Shown one piece after another: positions 1 through 9,986 of a stretch of DNA of 38,430 nt. Each line of letters opens with the position of its first letter. Positions within the stretch are counted from its first letter, which is position 1. This stretch comes from a virus. Its lineage: Duplodnaviria > Caudoviricetes. Below the pieces are notes generated by a model. It was not told where the DNA came from, searched no databases, and was given only the letters and a program-made list of their open reading frames with translations. The stretch is from IMG/VR virus record IMGVR_UViG_3300005058_000013, positions 1 through 38,430 of that record, one strand, 5' to 3'. The position numbers were made by a program, and so were the translations under genes.

Positions 1-378
1 GGTGACGGTTTTGAAAGCCTTGCTACCCTCGACGATTCCCGCAGTGTCAACAGTGAACGCCGGAAGATCCTCGGTAATCACTTCATCAGCATAGTTCGTG
101 CCAGTGATCTTGACCTGAACAGCCTTGATACTGCCGGCAGTCCCGCCAGCAGTTGCAGTGATGTTGCGCGGGACGGCCGGGTTGGTGAATCCCGTCGTGA
201 TTACGGTGGCGGCTGTAGACGTGGCTGCGGCCGCAAGAACGCCAGCTGCCGCAGCAGCCACCGCGTTCGCAGCACTCACCTGGAAATGGGCCATGAAGGC
301 GTGGTCAACACTCACGCCTTCAACTGCAGTTTGCATTACCTGCCCCAATTTGGGGTTAAACGGATAAAATCCGCCCAT
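1..378 (-). CDS. Capsid-associated/head decoration-like protein, 3' end cut by window edge
   Basis: Not in the ORF track. ATG at 378 after an AAGGATG RBS; open frame MGGFYPFNPKLGQVMQTAVEG...TNPAVPRNITATAGG...GTNYADEVITED runs to position 1; lies directly downstream of the major capsid gene. Confidence 0.6.
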   Translation of the reverse strand, partial: MGGFYPFNPKLGQVMQTAVEGVSVDHAFMAHFQVSAANAVAAAAAGVLAAAATSTAATVITTGFTNPAVPRNITATAGGTAGSIKAVQVKITGTNYADEVITEDLPAFTVDTAGIVEGSKAFKTVT

Positions 379-414
379 CTTACATCATCCTTTCGTTTTT
401 AATTTTTCGAGCGA

Positions 415-1350
415 TTACTTCGGCAGGTAGACTGAGAACGGGTACCGATTCGCCTCGACCTGCTTGCGGGCATTGATCGGGTTCGGCAGCTGCCAGGCAA
501 GACGCATCACGCAGCGCAGAGCAACCATGTCCTGCTGGGCAAGGTTGTAAACGATCGCGCCGGCGTTATCCTGGATAACTGCCTGGTCCAGCACTTTATA
601 GGTCACGTCTTGGCGCACAGCGTATACGGCCTGGCTGAAATCGCCGGCAATCAGTTTGGCTTTGGTGTTATCCCAGTAACCAAGCTTGTTGTACTGGATC
701 GGCTGGCCGAACAGGGTGCTCGGGGTACCGGCCGTCACGCTCGGCACGAAGATCATGCCGCCGTTGGCGTCACGCAGGCCACGGAACTTGCCTTTCATGG
801 TGATGTCGCCAACAAATCCGGTCACGTCGAATCCGCAGTCCTCAACAGCGGACATCAGCAAGTTCGTATCATCGACCAGATCAGCGCCGGCCCCTTCGGT
901 CACTTTGATTCCGGCTGCCGTAGCTCCGGCAACGATATCGGTCGGCCACGCAGCAGGCTTGTTCACGCCGAACAGAACGGCGCCGTCGATGACGTTGGCG
1001 AACGCTTCCTGGATCCGCGGTTTGATTTCGCCGAAGATGTCGTAGTCGGCATCGTCAAGGACCGCTTCAGGAATCGGCACGATACAGGCAATTTCTTCGG
1101 CTTCCAGGTATTTGTTGTCCCAGGAAACTTTCGTGGTCTGTTTCAGCCCGGTGTCACCGGTCACGAAATAAGCCGTCGGCAGGCTGGACAGCACAGGCAT
1201 CCGGGTTTTGTTGCTCGGCATGTTGGGCAATTTGCGGAACAGTTGCAAAACCTTGCTCTGCTCGGTCACGCCCTGGATAATTTCGCGGCTTACCGCTTCG
1301 GGAATCAGTGCACCTGCATCGGTGCGGGAAATCAAGCTGTTATATGGCAT
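415..1350 (-). CDS. Major capsid protein (HK97 fold)
   Basis: 311 aa; GALIPE, AYFVTG, EEIACIVPIPE, LFGQPI, GDFSQ and AQQDMVALR motifs typical of phage MCPs; follows the scaffold gene. Confidence 0.93.
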   Translation of the reverse strand: MPYNSLISRTDAGALIPEAVSREIIQGVTEQSKVLQLFRKLPNMPSNKTRMPVLSSLPTAYFVTGDTGLKQTTKVSWDNKYLEAEEIACIVPIPEAVLDDADYDIFGEIKPRIQEAFANVIDGAVLFGVNKPAAWPTDIVAGATAAGIKVTEGAGADLVDDTNLLMSAVEDCGFDVTGFVGDITMKGKFRGLRDANGGMIFVPSVTAGTPSTLFGQPIQYNKLGYWDNTKAKLIAGDFSQAVYAVRQDVTYKVLDQAVIQDNAGAIVYNLAQQDMVALRCVMRLAWQLPNPINARKQVEANRYPFSVYLPK

Positions 1351-1377
1351 TTGTCATTCCTCCATCGTTTTTATTTT

Positions 1378-1992
1378 TTATCGTCCGGCCGCGCGCCGGA
1401 TAAAGGCGTTCATTCCTCCGTTAGCAGCTCCGCCGCCGGGAGGTTGCCCCCCCATGTTCAGCCCACCAGGGCCTCCGGCCTTCAGTTCCGGCAAGTCCTT
1501 CAGCACCGCTTCGATGGCCTGCTTGACCACCTTTTCATTGACGGTTCCTTTTTCGTCGACATCCGCAGCCGACAGGTCTGCCAGTTTAAGCAGATGCGGG
1601 ATTTTTTCCGGTTTCACCCCAAGCGCAAGCGCTTGCGCTTTTGCTTCGGCCGTCACCAACCGCTGATTGGCCAGTTCAACTGCAGCCTTACCTTTTTTTT
1701 CGGCTTCTTCGGCAGCAGCTTTGAGCTTTTCCTGATCGGTCATAGCGGCCTTTTTCTTTTCTTCCTCGACTTTAGCTTCCCAGGCTTTCTGCTCGCGAGA
1801 CAGCCTTTTGGTCAGGATCGCGTCAAGTTCGTCCTGGGTGAAAGTCTTGCCGGCATCTCGGTTGCCGTCTCCCCCGCCGCCTTTATCGGCAGCGCCCCCT
1901 TTCCCGCCTTTGTCGGCGCCTTCACCGCCCCCGGCTCCGGCATCCGCATCGAAAAAGGGTAGACTAAACAGTTTTCGTTGGAATAGTTTCAT
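1378..1992 (-). CDS. Capsid scaffold protein (DUF4355-like)
   Basis: GGGAGG RBS before ATG 1992; Gly-rich N-terminus, KTFTQDELDAILTKRLSRE motif, coiled coil; immediately upstream of MCP. Confidence 0.88.
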   Translation of the reverse strand: MKLFQRKLFSLPFFDADAGAGGGEGADKGGKGGAADKGGGGDGNRDAGKTFTQDELDAILTKRLSREQKAWEAKVEEEKKKAAMTDQEKLKAAAEEAEKKGKAAVELANQRLVTAEAKAQALALGVKPEKIPHLLKLADLSAADVDEKGTVNEKVVKQAIEAVLKDLPELKAGGPGGLNMGGQPPGGGAANGGMNAFIRRAAGR

Positions 1993-2060
1993 GATTACCT
2001 CCCGTTTATTGGCCGTCGCCATTATCCAGCCGTTTAACGTCAGCCTGTAGGACGTGAAAA

Positions 2061-2318
2061 TTATTCGTCTTCGTTGTCGATCCCATTAATAACTATCATT
2101 CGATAGGATAAGAGGTTATTCAGACGGTCATATACGCGTTCTTCGATGGACACGCGACCAATTGCATCAGCATGATCTTTTTCCGTTAACTCTTTAACAA
2201 AATCAGGATCGAACACAAGTTGTCTGAGAACATGCGACATATACTCAATTTCAGTTTCTGTCGCTTTTAGAGTCTGCCTGATTTCGTTGAACCTTTCAGC
2301 ACTTATCGGTTTTATCAC
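2061..2318 (-). CDS. Hypothetical protein
   Basis: 85-aa ORF filling the gap between minor head and scaffold genes; GAGGGGG RBS; visibly more AT-rich than neighbours. Confidence 0.65.
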   Translation of the reverse strand: MIKPISAERFNEIRQTLKATETEIEYMSHVLRQLVFDPDFVKELTEKDHADAIGRVSIEERVYDRLNNLLSYRMIVINGIDNEDE

Positions 2319-2320
2319 GT

Positions 2321-3187
2321 CTACCCCCTCGCTCTCATAACAAACTCTTCCGCAGTCTCCATGATGTCTTCGGTCCCGCAGTTGCAGTTTGAGTGATACG
2401 GCGGCTGGTCGGCCAGAATGGCAAGATCGTCGCCGTTCGCTTTGTAGTATTCCTTGAAATCGTCACCTCCATGTTCAAAGCAGATATCACAGGTGTCTGA
2501 CGCCGGGCCAAACATCCCGCGCACGATCCGGATTCCCATTACAAAATTGACATCCATGCTGATCGCTGCGCGGGCCGCTTCATAGGTCATGTTCGTCGTG
2601 TGAGCAGCCAGCCGAAACGCCGCCTTGGCTTCAATCCCCTCCGCAACAAAATGGGCGTCCAGCAGGTTCATCATATCGACAGCGCTTTTCCCCTCGGCAA
2701 TCCCCTGGCGGATTACCTTTTCGGCGAAGTCGGCCGCCTTCACGGATAGCCGCTGGATTCGCTGATCGACGTTTAGCGCATCCGGCCAGACTTTGTTCCA
2801 GACTTTCCCGATCACCTGCTCATCAAGCCCGCCGCCAAAGTAGGCAGATACACGTACAAGCGAGGTTACCCTCTCGATTTCTGCCGCCGACGCTCCCGAT
2901 GATCTCAAAATCCTTTTGGCGCCGGACAATATCGGCGCGTATTCGCTCGCCTTGGACTCTTTTGCCAGTTCCAATGATTGCTGCGTTGCGCCGGCAATCG
3001 TCTTGGCCAGCGTTTCCGTCAGCGAGTCCCGGGCGCCGCGCAACAGCGACGCCGTATCGATCGGCCGATTCAGCCCGCCACCGACAGCCTTGAGATAGGT
3101 CGCAAAGCTGGCAACGATTTTCCGGTTCAAGTCCTTCTGCAGTTTATTCCTGGCCGCCCTGGCTGCCAGCTGCTCCTTGGTCGGCAT
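2321..3187 (-). CDS. Minor head protein (SPP1 gp7/MuF-like)
   Basis: Follows the portal gene; C-terminal TCDIC...PPYHSNCNC matches the MuF Cys/His signature. Confidence 0.8.
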   Translation of the reverse strand: MPTKEQLAARAARNKLQKDLNRKIVASFATYLKAVGGGLNRPIDTASLLRGARDSLTETLAKTIAGATQQSLELAKESKASEYAPILSGAKRILRSSGASAAEIERVTSLVRVSAYFGGGLDEQVIGKVWNKVWPDALNVDQRIQRLSVKAADFAEKVIRQGIAEGKSAVDMMNLLDAHFVAEGIEAKAAFRLAAHTTNMTYEAARAAISMDVNFVMGIRIVRGMFGPASDTCDICFEHGGDDFKEYYKANGDDLAILADQPPYHSNCNCGTEDIMETAEEFVMRARG

Positions 3188-4674
3188 TATTCATCAGCGT
3201 CCTTACTCATCGTAGATTCCGTCCCCGTCGCGGTCTCGCCCCCCCCACCGTCAAAAGAAAAGCTGTGTCCGATGAGTTCCGCTGCAGCAGCTTCCTGTTC
3301 TGCCTTGATGTCTTTTTGCATTTCGGCAATTTCTTCTTCGGTGTATCCCTCATCCTGCTGCCACCGTTTGGCGCTGATCACTCTGTTTTGCTTGAGGATT
3401 TGCTTGCGCTGGGCCTCGAAAAGTTTTTCCTGCGGCGAATCGCTGGTCAGGTTCGCCCAAAGGATAGATGTCTCGGCAGGTTCCCCTTTTTCGAGCACCC
3501 CGTGATATTGCATCTGAATGATCAGCAGTTTGTTGATGTCCTCATAGGCATTGCCGAAGCTGACCTGCTTCTCCTTGATCTTGCTGATCAGCGGCGCTTC
3601 CACCTTGGCCAAGGCGAATCCGCTGGACGCGGTCCCCTGGCTGTCCTGCAGGCAGGTTCGCGGTGTCTGCGTGATACTGCATAAGTGATCTACCAGGGAG
3701 TTGATTGAATTCAAAATGCCGGTCGGATCCGTTTCGGCAAGTTCACCGACCACCGTTTCCTGCTTGTCCCCTTCGAACCGCCATACATCACCCGGGTTAC
3801 AGGCAAGTTCTCGCTTGCCTGTTTCGGCATTGATAGGGATTTCATTCTCGCCGACGCCCAATATGTATCTTTGCTTGAACGCTTGAAAATCACTCGTACG
3901 AAGCAGGTTGATGATTTGCTTGTTGATCGCGTCCTGGATCGGGATGGCGTTCTGCAGTTCCGAAGAGCCAAACGGCGATTCATCCTCCATGTTTCGGAAA
4001 TGAATCACAGGCGTGATACCATAGGGATTTTCGACAACTGCAGGGAATCCGTCTGTGTCGTCCGGCATCCAGTTGATGCGGAAGTAGTCGGCGACTGACA
4101 TCGACATCGTTGATTTCGGCAGAATGAAATAAAAGCGCTCGATCTTGTCCGGATAGAACAGCCATTTATGAGCGACCGGAACTCCGTTGATGTCGAATGA
4201 AATCCACTGTTTGCGAAGGAACAGCATGCTTTCAGCATCGTCTGTCGCATAGACGGGAAGGCAGATTTCCGGGCTGAGAAACTTGATTTCATATCGGTCC
4301 GGAGTCGTGCTGCCCGCAGGGAAATGCGGCCACACCTGGGCGAAGCAGTCGCCTTTCTTCACGGCGTTCCGGTGAAGCTTGATGCATTTGGCGTCCATCC
4401 GGTTGTATTTCCAGATATTCGTCAGCGCATCCAGCGTCTGTTTGTCCTGGCAATCGATGCCGTCAATCTTCAGCCGCGCCACCGGCGCGTTGACGATTGC
4501 ATCGCAGTAGTTTGCCCGGACGCCATACACTGACTCAATGATGCCCCGATATTTTTCAGGCACGCGCAACTTGTGCTTGCCTTCGTAGTAATTCTGATAT
4601 CTGGCGTAGGCATCCATTCGCGCCTGCTCTTCTTGTAGCAGCCACTGCGAAAAAGATTGGTTGATCGGATCCAA
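3187..4674 (-). CDS. Portal protein (SPP1 gp6-like)
   Basis: 495 aa after TerL; YYEGKH, NYCDAIV, WKYNRMD, NPYGITPVIHFRN and IPIQDAINK motifs. Confidence 0.92.
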   Translation of the reverse strand: MDPINQSFSQWLLQEEQARMDAYARYQNYYEGKHKLRVPEKYRGIIESVYGVRANYCDAIVNAPVARLKIDGIDCQDKQTLDALTNIWKYNRMDAKCIKLHRNAVKKGDCFAQVWPHFPAGSTTPDRYEIKFLSPEICLPVYATDDAESMLFLRKQWISFDINGVPVAHKWLFYPDKIERFYFILPKSTMSMSVADYFRINWMPDDTDGFPAVVENPYGITPVIHFRNMEDESPFGSSELQNAIPIQDAINKQIINLLRTSDFQAFKQRYILGVGENEIPINAETGKRELACNPGDVWRFEGDKQETVVGELAETDPTGILNSINSLVDHLCSITQTPRTCLQDSQGTASSGFALAKVEAPLISKIKEKQVSFGNAYEDINKLLIIQMQYHGVLEKGEPAETSILWANLTSDSPQEKLFEAQRKQILKQNRVISAKRWQQDEGYTEEEIAEMQKDIKAEQEAAAAELIGHSFSFDGGGGETATGTESTMSKDADE

Positions 4675-4685
4675 GCGAGCACCTC

Positions 4686-5969
4686 CTAATAGACTGACAT
4701 GGGGTTCTTGTTGCGGTTGGTATACAGGCCGTAGCGCTCAGTGTCGCTGGCGTGGTCGTTCTGCTTGACCGGTTTGTCTTCGCCGCGGTCCTGCGCCTTT
4801 TCGTCCCAGATGTAGGCTGATTTTTCCTTGATCGTGTTTATGCAGGTATTGACGATGAAATATTTCCCTTCCGACAGCAGAGACGCCACCCAGCGAATTC
4901 CATCGAGCACGCTGTTCTGCGCGTTCTTGACGGTGAACCCGTCTTTGCGCAGCTGAGCGATGAAAGATGCGGCGCTTGGGTCTACGATGACCGACGGCCG
5001 CTTTCCGTGTAGGTAATCATTGTTCGCGGCAATAAACGCGGCCATGTCGGCCGAATACTCGGCGTCGGTCTTTTGCCGGCCTGTTTTTCGGCTATCGTAG
5101 TAGTATTCCGAAATCGTGAAAAACTTGTCGCCGGACCGTCCCTGCAGCAGGAAAACGGTGGCATTCCCGGTGCCGTAGTCGACCGCCACCCATAACCGGT
5201 CGAAAGACTTCGGCAGCTGATCGGCGCGGATTACATGCTGCTCTTCGCTGAACATGTCATAGATGGCGCCGGCGGCCATGACCCAAAGGCCCAGAATATA
5301 TCGCTTGAAGAATACGCCTGAGAACATTCGTCGATAACGATCTTTAATCTCTTCCGACAGGCTGAGGTTGTCATCCATCGTGAAGTGAAGATAAACCGCG
5401 TTCAATTTCTCCAGCTTGTCGATAAACTCTGCTTTGAACCAGTGATATGGCCCTGCCGGGTTGCAGTTGAACCATAGCTTAGCGCCGGTGACGGAACAGC
5501 GGGCGATTGCCTGGTTGACGAATGACTGTGGCATCAAGGCAACTTCATCGAACAGCATGCCGGCGAGCGTGATGCCCTGGATCAGGTCCTGGCTGCGCTC
5601 GTCCTTGCCACCGAAAATATAATAAAAATTCACCCGGCCATTCTTGCTGATTTCCAGCATGTTATCGGCCCGGTGATCTTTGACCTTGTATTTCAGCGCC
5701 TTGAGAATGCGCTTCAGCGGGGCTAGTACGTTTCGGCGAAATGATCCAATTGTTTTCCCTGATAATCCAAGATTCTCGCCTTCGAACGTATCCATCGACC
5801 ATTGCACGTAGGAAATCGACATTGATGTCGTTTTCCCTGACCTTACAGATCCGTCGGCAATGATTATGTCGCGTGCTCGGACCGGTGAGTTGGGCAGCCA
5901 CCAGGTGAGCACCTGCAGTTGCTTGCGGGAAAACGGCTCGAACTTAAACGGAGCTATCTTCAGAGCCAT
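4686..5969 (-). CDS. terL: Terminase large subunit (PBSX family)
   Basis: Walker A GSVRSGKT, Walker [18 protein letters not shown], nuclease motifs VDYG, VDPSA and DHASD. Confidence 0.96.
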   Translation of the reverse strand: MALKIAPFKFEPFSRKQLQVLTWWLPNSPVRARDIIIADGSVRSGKTTSMSISYVQWSMDTFEGENLGLSGKTIGSFRRNVLAPLKRILKALKYKVKDHRADNMLEISKNGRVNFYYIFGGKDERSQDLIQGITLAGMLFDEVALMPQSFVNQAIARCSVTGAKLWFNCNPAGPYHWFKAEFIDKLEKLNAVYLHFTMDDNLSLSEEIKDRYRRMFSGVFFKRYILGLWVMAAGAIYDMFSEEQHVIRADQLPKSFDRLWVAVDYGTGNATVFLLQGRSGDKFFTISEYYYDSRKTGRQKTDAEYSADMAAFIAANNDYLHGKRPSVIVDPSAASFIAQLRKDGFTVKNAQNSVLDGIRWVASLLSEGKYFIVNTCINTIKEKSAYIWDEKAQDRGEDKPVKQNDHASDTERYGLYTNRNKNPMSVY

Positions 5970-6837
5970 CGCCCCACACCTCCGGCACCTTGCCCATCAA
6001 CGCGTCCTTGAAGTTTTCCGAACCTACATCGTCCCCGTCACCATCTCCCTTGATCTTGGCAATCTCGGCTTTCATTTTCTCAAGCCGCAGCCGCTGCTCT
6101 TCCTCGGTTAATTTCCGCTGCCACTTGTCAGGCAGCCAGTCGAAATACTTGACCAGCTGCTCCCAGGCCCATTTCTTGTCGGTCAGTTTTATGCTTACCC
6201 CGTCGCGCCCCTGCTTAATTTCGGCTATTACCGATGTGTCCAGCATATTGCTGTCGCCAAGATCAATGGAGTTTACTTTTTGGGTTATTGGCTTCTTGGT
6301 TTTTTTGTCGATAACCGGGCCAAACGGACCCATGACTTCGATGTCTTTTTGCCCGAATGCAATATAGTCCCCAATATCGGCGCCAACAACCTTTAAGCAA
6401 AACTCTAAAAAGTCCTGGATGTCAACGTGAAGTTCTTGCCGAAACAATGACCGCAGCCGATCCAGTTCCTGTTTTACCCGGGGACGTTGCAGTAGGTTGC
6501 AGCCGATAGCCTTGGCGCTATTCTTATTTGTGCCGTAACTAGCGAGCAAGGCGGCCTGCGTCGCGTTCCAGGTCCGGATGTAGTGATAGCAGAAGAGCTG
6601 CTCTTTATCGTTCAGCTCTTCTGTAGACTCATCTTTTTTCTGCACCCCTTTGCACCCTTTTTCACTTTTTAGGGGTGCAATGGGTGCAGTTTTTTTTACT
6701 GGCTTGTCTCGTTCCCATTGATGACGTTTTTTCCACGATTTAACCGTTTCGACTGAAACATTATATTTTCCCGCTATGTCCTGGTATTTCATTCCAAGAA
6801 CATAGTCGCGTTCAGCCAGTTCGTAGTTTTTTGACAC
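5944..6837 (-). CDS. terS: Terminase small subunit
   Basis: N-terminal HTH (YQDIAGKY...[11 protein letters not shown]), [28 protein letters not shown] start after GGTGGTG RBS; overlaps terL. Confidence 0.9.
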   Translation of the reverse strand: MSKNYELAERDYVLGMKYQDIAGKYNVSVETVKSWKKRHQWERDKPVKKTAPIAPLKSEKGCKGVQKKDESTEELNDKEQLFCYHYIRTWNATQAALLASYGTNKNSAKAIGCNLLQRPRVKQELDRLRSLFRQELHVDIQDFLEFCLKVVGADIGDYIAFGQKDIEVMGPFGPVIDKKTKKPITQKVNSIDLGDSNMLDTSVIAEIKQGRDGVSIKLTDKKWAWEQLVKYFDWLPDKWQRKLTEEEQRLRLEKMKAEIAKIKGDGDGDDVGSENFKDALMGKVPEVWGDGSEDSSV

Positions 6838-7411
6838 TATCACCACCCGCCAATATATCCGGCACGTCTTGGCCGAATCCATCCCAATCTATGCCGTACT
6901 TGCTGATTATGCTGGTGAAATCTTCAATGTCGTGAGGTTCTACCCGTAATCCTTTGGGACCAATCCCGACATGTTTCAACTCGTGCAGCATGAGGATTTT
7001 TTTCTGGTTATCGGTCATGTAATGGGTGTTGGGGAAATAGAACGTGATTACAAAATCAAAAGGCAAGAAGGCTCGATAAAGCGGGATAACCTTCCGGCAA
7101 TCGGCATGGACTATCCTGCCGTCCTGCTTTTTGCCTTTATAGCTGACAACGTAGCCGATTTTGATATTATTCAGCGCGATATATAAAAGCTCCGGCTTGC
7201 CGGCGATGATCATCTCTCCAAGCTGCTGCAGTTCTTCGGATACTTCACACTCAAAGACATCAAGTTCTTTTGCATAATCACGGGTTAACTCTTCCCGCCG
7301 TTGCAAGTCTTGCTCTTCGCCGATCCGATATAACGACCGCAGCGCCCCACATATCCAGCCTTCGTGTTGGCACATATTTTTATTAATACAGCCTGCGCAG
7401 ATGTCATTCAT
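6812..7411 (-). CDS. Putative phage metallopeptidase
   Basis: DFVITFY...[10 protein letters not shown]...PHDIEDF..II.KYG matches the HExxH phage metallopeptidase pattern; GGAGG RBS before ATG 7411. Confidence 0.8.
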   Translation of the reverse strand: MNDICAGCINKNMCQHEGWICGALRSLYRIGEEQDLQRREELTRDYAKELDVFECEVSEELQQLGEMIIAGKPELLYIALNNIKIGYVVSYKGKKQDGRIVHADCRKVIPLYRAFLPFDFVITFYFPNTHYMTDNQKKILMLHELKHVGIGPKGLRVEPHDIEDFTSIISKYGIDWDGFGQDVPDILAGGDSVKKLRTG

Positions 7412-7424
7412 ATCGCCACCTCCG

Positions 7425-7628
7425 TCATCGGTACCCTTTGTTTCGGTTCTCGGCCCAACGGCCGCGCTTTTTGTGTCCGGGCTGAACAAAATCGTGCACG
7501 ACATTCGATCGCGGGACCGGATCGTAGCACTGAACCTGGCCGACCCCGTCGATGCCAATGCGCTTGGCTATGCAAATATCGCGGCCATGTTTGGAACAAT
7601 CGGTAAGTTTGCAGTCTACTGTTGGCAT
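7425..7628 (-). CDS. Small Cys-rich hypothetical protein (DUF1540-like)
   Basis: AAGGAGG RBS; VDCKLTDCSKH...CIAKRIGI....C pattern. Confidence 0.6.
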   Translation of the reverse strand: MPTVDCKLTDCSKHGRDICIAKRIGIDGVGQVQCYDPVPRSNVVHDFVQPGHKKRGRWAENRNKGYR

Positions 7629-7650
7629 CGGGCACCTCCTTGCGGGCATG

Positions 7651-7678
7651 AAAAAACCGCCTCGATTTCGAAGCGGCC
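7651..7678 (-). terminator. Rho-independent terminator
   Basis: CCGCTTCGA-AA-TCGAGGCGG inverted repeat followed by T6 on the minus strand. Confidence 0.7.
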
Positions 7679-7701
7679 TGTTGTGATACTTCCACGTCCT
7701 C

Positions 7702-7745
7702 AATATACCACACTTTTAGCCAAAAATAGTCTCACAAAAGTCTCA
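7702..7745 (-). promoter_or_regulatory. Putative activator-dependent late promoter
   Basis: Extended -10 TGG-TATATT (7702-7710), no good -35; direct repeat TGAGACT x2 (7728-7734, 7739-7745) with 11-bp spacing directly after the late activator gene. Confidence 0.6.
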
Positions 7746-8231
7746 TTTTTTTCTGAACCGGGATGGCAACACATCGCAGATAAAATTCAAGGCCAAAACC
7801 AACGTCCTGTAGAACGTCGGTTTTGCGCAGAACAAATCCCCATAAATCTTCTCATCCGGCGCCGTCTTCTTCCGATACTTCGCATGTATGATACTATTTG
7901 CCAGCGCCCCCCACTTCTCGTCTAAAACCATCTTCTCCATCGCCGATTCATAATCGGTGATGTTGCGCTGGTACTCCGCCCGCAGCACCAGCAGATAATC
8001 TATCCGCTCCTGATCTCCGTTGTACCCGGCCTCCGCCATGGCCCCCTCCTCGGCCGGTCGGCTGATATTTGAATTTGTGCAATAGATGCTATCGTAGGTT
8101 GTTGCCTGTATCCGCCCCTGGGAAAGTCGGCGCTCGATCTCGTCGATTGATCGGTCGAGATCGATGATCGCCCACTCCACCCGGTTTAAACTATATAGCC
8201 ACGACGAAACTGCCCTCTGTTCAGGTGTCAT
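7743..8231 (-). CDS. Late transcriptional activator (ArpU/RinA-like)
   Basis: Last early gene before the packaging module; C-terminal II.AKY...D..IY..L...KPTFYR....AL HTH pattern. Confidence 0.75.
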   Translation of the reverse strand: MTPEQRAVSSWLYSLNRVEWAIIDLDRSIDEIERRLSQGRIQATTYDSIYCTNSNISRPAEEGAMAEAGYNGDQERIDYLLVLRAEYQRNITDYESAMEKMVLDEKWGALANSIIHAKYRKKTAPDEKIYGDLFCAKPTFYRTLVLALNFICDVLPSRFRKK

Positions 8232-8251
8232 CCGCCGAATACCTCCCCGCC

Positions 8252-8355
8252 TTGACTCGCTACCCGCTATGGGTTATATTTTGGGTGAAAGCTCTCTCCT
8301 CTGGCCTATGTCGTCACCGGTTTCGGTGGCTTGACTCGCCAGGAGAGAGTTTTTA
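8252..8355 (+). ncRNA. Candidate antisense small RNA with its own sigma-A promoter
   Basis: TTGACT(8252-8257)-17 bp-TATATT(8275-8280), then a ~60-nt hairpin CTCTCTC..CTGGC...GCCAG-GAGAGAG ending in TTTTT. Confidence 0.55.
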
Positions 8356-8357
8356 AC

Positions 8358-9428
8358 TTACCCCGCCTTCTTGGCTTCCTGGCAGATCCGGAAAATCACC
8401 AGATCCGGCCTCGCTGTTTCAACGACATACTGCACCGGTCCGCCAACCAATGCATGAATCCGTTCGACCGCGGCCTTGCAGGTGATCCGGACGCAGCGCT
8501 CCTTTTTGGTAACCATGGCGCCGGAATCGGTCTTTCGCAGCGCCACCTGTTGACCGTCCGGCTTGACCATGATTGCGCAGAATCCCCAGTTTCGAATAAA
8601 GTCGACATCTTTGCCGACATAGAAGTCTTTTGACACCGACAGCCGGTTGCCAAGCGATTGAAAGCGGCTGATGCCGCCTTGGAATTCATCCCAGCCGGTG
8701 AGGTCGAACGCTGCCGGGGCATCATCGGCGCGGAACACGTCTTCGAGTTCAGCGTTCGTCGGTGCGTGAATTCCGAGATTGTGTCGGTCCTGGTAATTCA
8801 GCCCGTCTTCGTCTTCGCCTGGTCCTGGCTTATCCGGAATAATTTCTGTTGATTTTGGGGAATAATTTTCGCCAGTTTTGCAGCCGAGCTCAGTGAGCCG
8901 CTTGTCGATTTGATCAAGCTCAGCGTCCAGCTGCTTCTCTGTCCGAATTGCCTGGTCCAGATTCATCCCGTCTGTTTTGCTCCGGATCTCCGCCAACCTA
9001 GCTGCCCGAGCTTTGCCAGGCGCGGTGTCGTGGTAGCTGCGCGAAAGATCAATTGGTGGTTTTTCTGGCGGCGCTACCGGTTCAAAGTTTCCTGACCGAA
9101 GCGCCTTTTTCTTGCCGCCTGGCGTTGCCGGCGGAAGCCCCCATTTCTTCAACTGCGGGAAAAACGCATTGGCATAGCAGTGGAACAACTGCATGATCTC
9201 CGTTCGGGTCAAACCGTACTCATCGAGTTGAATGAACAGTTCTTTTGTCAGATCAGCCGGCCGCATCCTCTGGACTTTGTCTTCCCACGGCAGTTTGATC
9301 TTTAGCGCCAATGCCTCGGCCGGTGTCGGCTTCGGCAGGGTTTTGCAGGGTTCCGGTGGCTCATGTTTCGAGGATACTTTTACCGGGTCGATAAATCCGC
9401 TTTTGTGTGTTTTCCCATCAGTGTTCAT
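8358..9428 (-). CDS. Hypothetical protein with possible HTH-like segment
   Basis: 356-aa ORF in operon, GAGGGA RBS; DLTKELFIQL..GLTRTEI...LKKWGL segment. Confidence 0.75.
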   Translation of the reverse strand: MNTDGKTHKSGFIDPVKVSSKHEPPEPCKTLPKPTPAEALALKIKLPWEDKVQRMRPADLTKELFIQLDEYGLTRTEIMQLFHCYANAFFPQLKKWGLPPATPGGKKKALRSGNFEPVAPPEKPPIDLSRSYHDTAPGKARAARLAEIRSKTDGMNLDQAIRTEKQLDAELDQIDKRLTELGCKTGENYSPKSTEIIPDKPGPGEDEDGLNYQDRHNLGIHAPTNAELEDVFRADDAPAAFDLTGWDEFQGGISRFQSLGNRLSVSKDFYVGKDVDFIRNWGFCAIMVKPDGQQVALRKTDSGAMVTKKERCVRITCKAAVERIHALVGGPVQYVVETARPDLVIFRICQEAKKAG

Positions 9429-9431
9429 GTC

Positions 9432-9692
9432 CTATCCCTCGCTTTCTTGAATTGTTCTTCTCTGTGGCGGCGGTGGCGCAGGCCGCGGTGATGATGGAGG
9501 AAGATTAATGCCACGCCGGTATGGCGGCTCGTTCATCGGCCGTGGAGGCGGTGATCTGCGCAGGTAACATCCGCCACCTTTCCGCACGCTTACTTTACAT
9601 CCCACCATGACCACTATCCCGACGCAGCAGCCAACGCTCATGCTGGCCAGCACGATCATGAACAGCATTCCCAAACTTACAAACATCATCAT
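9432..9692 (-). CDS. Small membrane protein with Pro/Arg-rich tail
   Basis: GGGAGG RBS; hydrophobic N-terminal ~30 aa. Confidence 0.6.
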   Translation of the reverse strand: MMMFVSLGMLFMIVLASMSVGCCVGIVVMVGCKVSVRKGGGCYLRRSPPPRPMNEPPYRRGINLPPSSPRPAPPPPQRRTIQESEG

Positions 9693-9701
9693 CGCCTCCC
9701 A

Positions 9702-9920
9702 TCAGTGCCTATAAACCGGCGGTGCCGCAGCATTCATCCTGAAACAGTGGCACGCCTTGCGGTTCGGCTTTACCTCGACCGCCACCGGCTTGCCGTCAAT
9801 TTTTTCAAGGTCGTAGCACACTGGTTTGCCGGGACCGTAGGCTTTGACGTTCATTCCCAAACACTCGCGGCAGGTCAGTACCGGGTCGTTCTTTCCTCTT
9901 CTTGGGCTTAATCCGAACAT
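9702..9920 (-). CDS. Small Cys-rich hypothetical protein
   Basis: AGGAGGTG RBS before ATG 9920; TCRECL...C...ACHCF. Confidence 0.65.
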   Translation of the reverse strand: MFGLSPRRGKNDPVLTCRECLGMNVKAYGPGKPVCYDLEKIDGKPVAVEVKPNRKACHCFRMNAAAPPVYRH

Positions 9921-9986
9921 GGTGGCACCTCCTGTTATTTTTCTCACCCTCGTCACGCGCACGCGCGAGGGGAAAGTAAACAATTG

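Noticed and set aside
610..1962. 450-aa plus-strand ORF and the other long plus-strand ORFs (for example 17426-18355 and 34620-35372)
   Set aside because: Antisense shadows of well-supported minus-strand genes; no RBS or recognisable motifs
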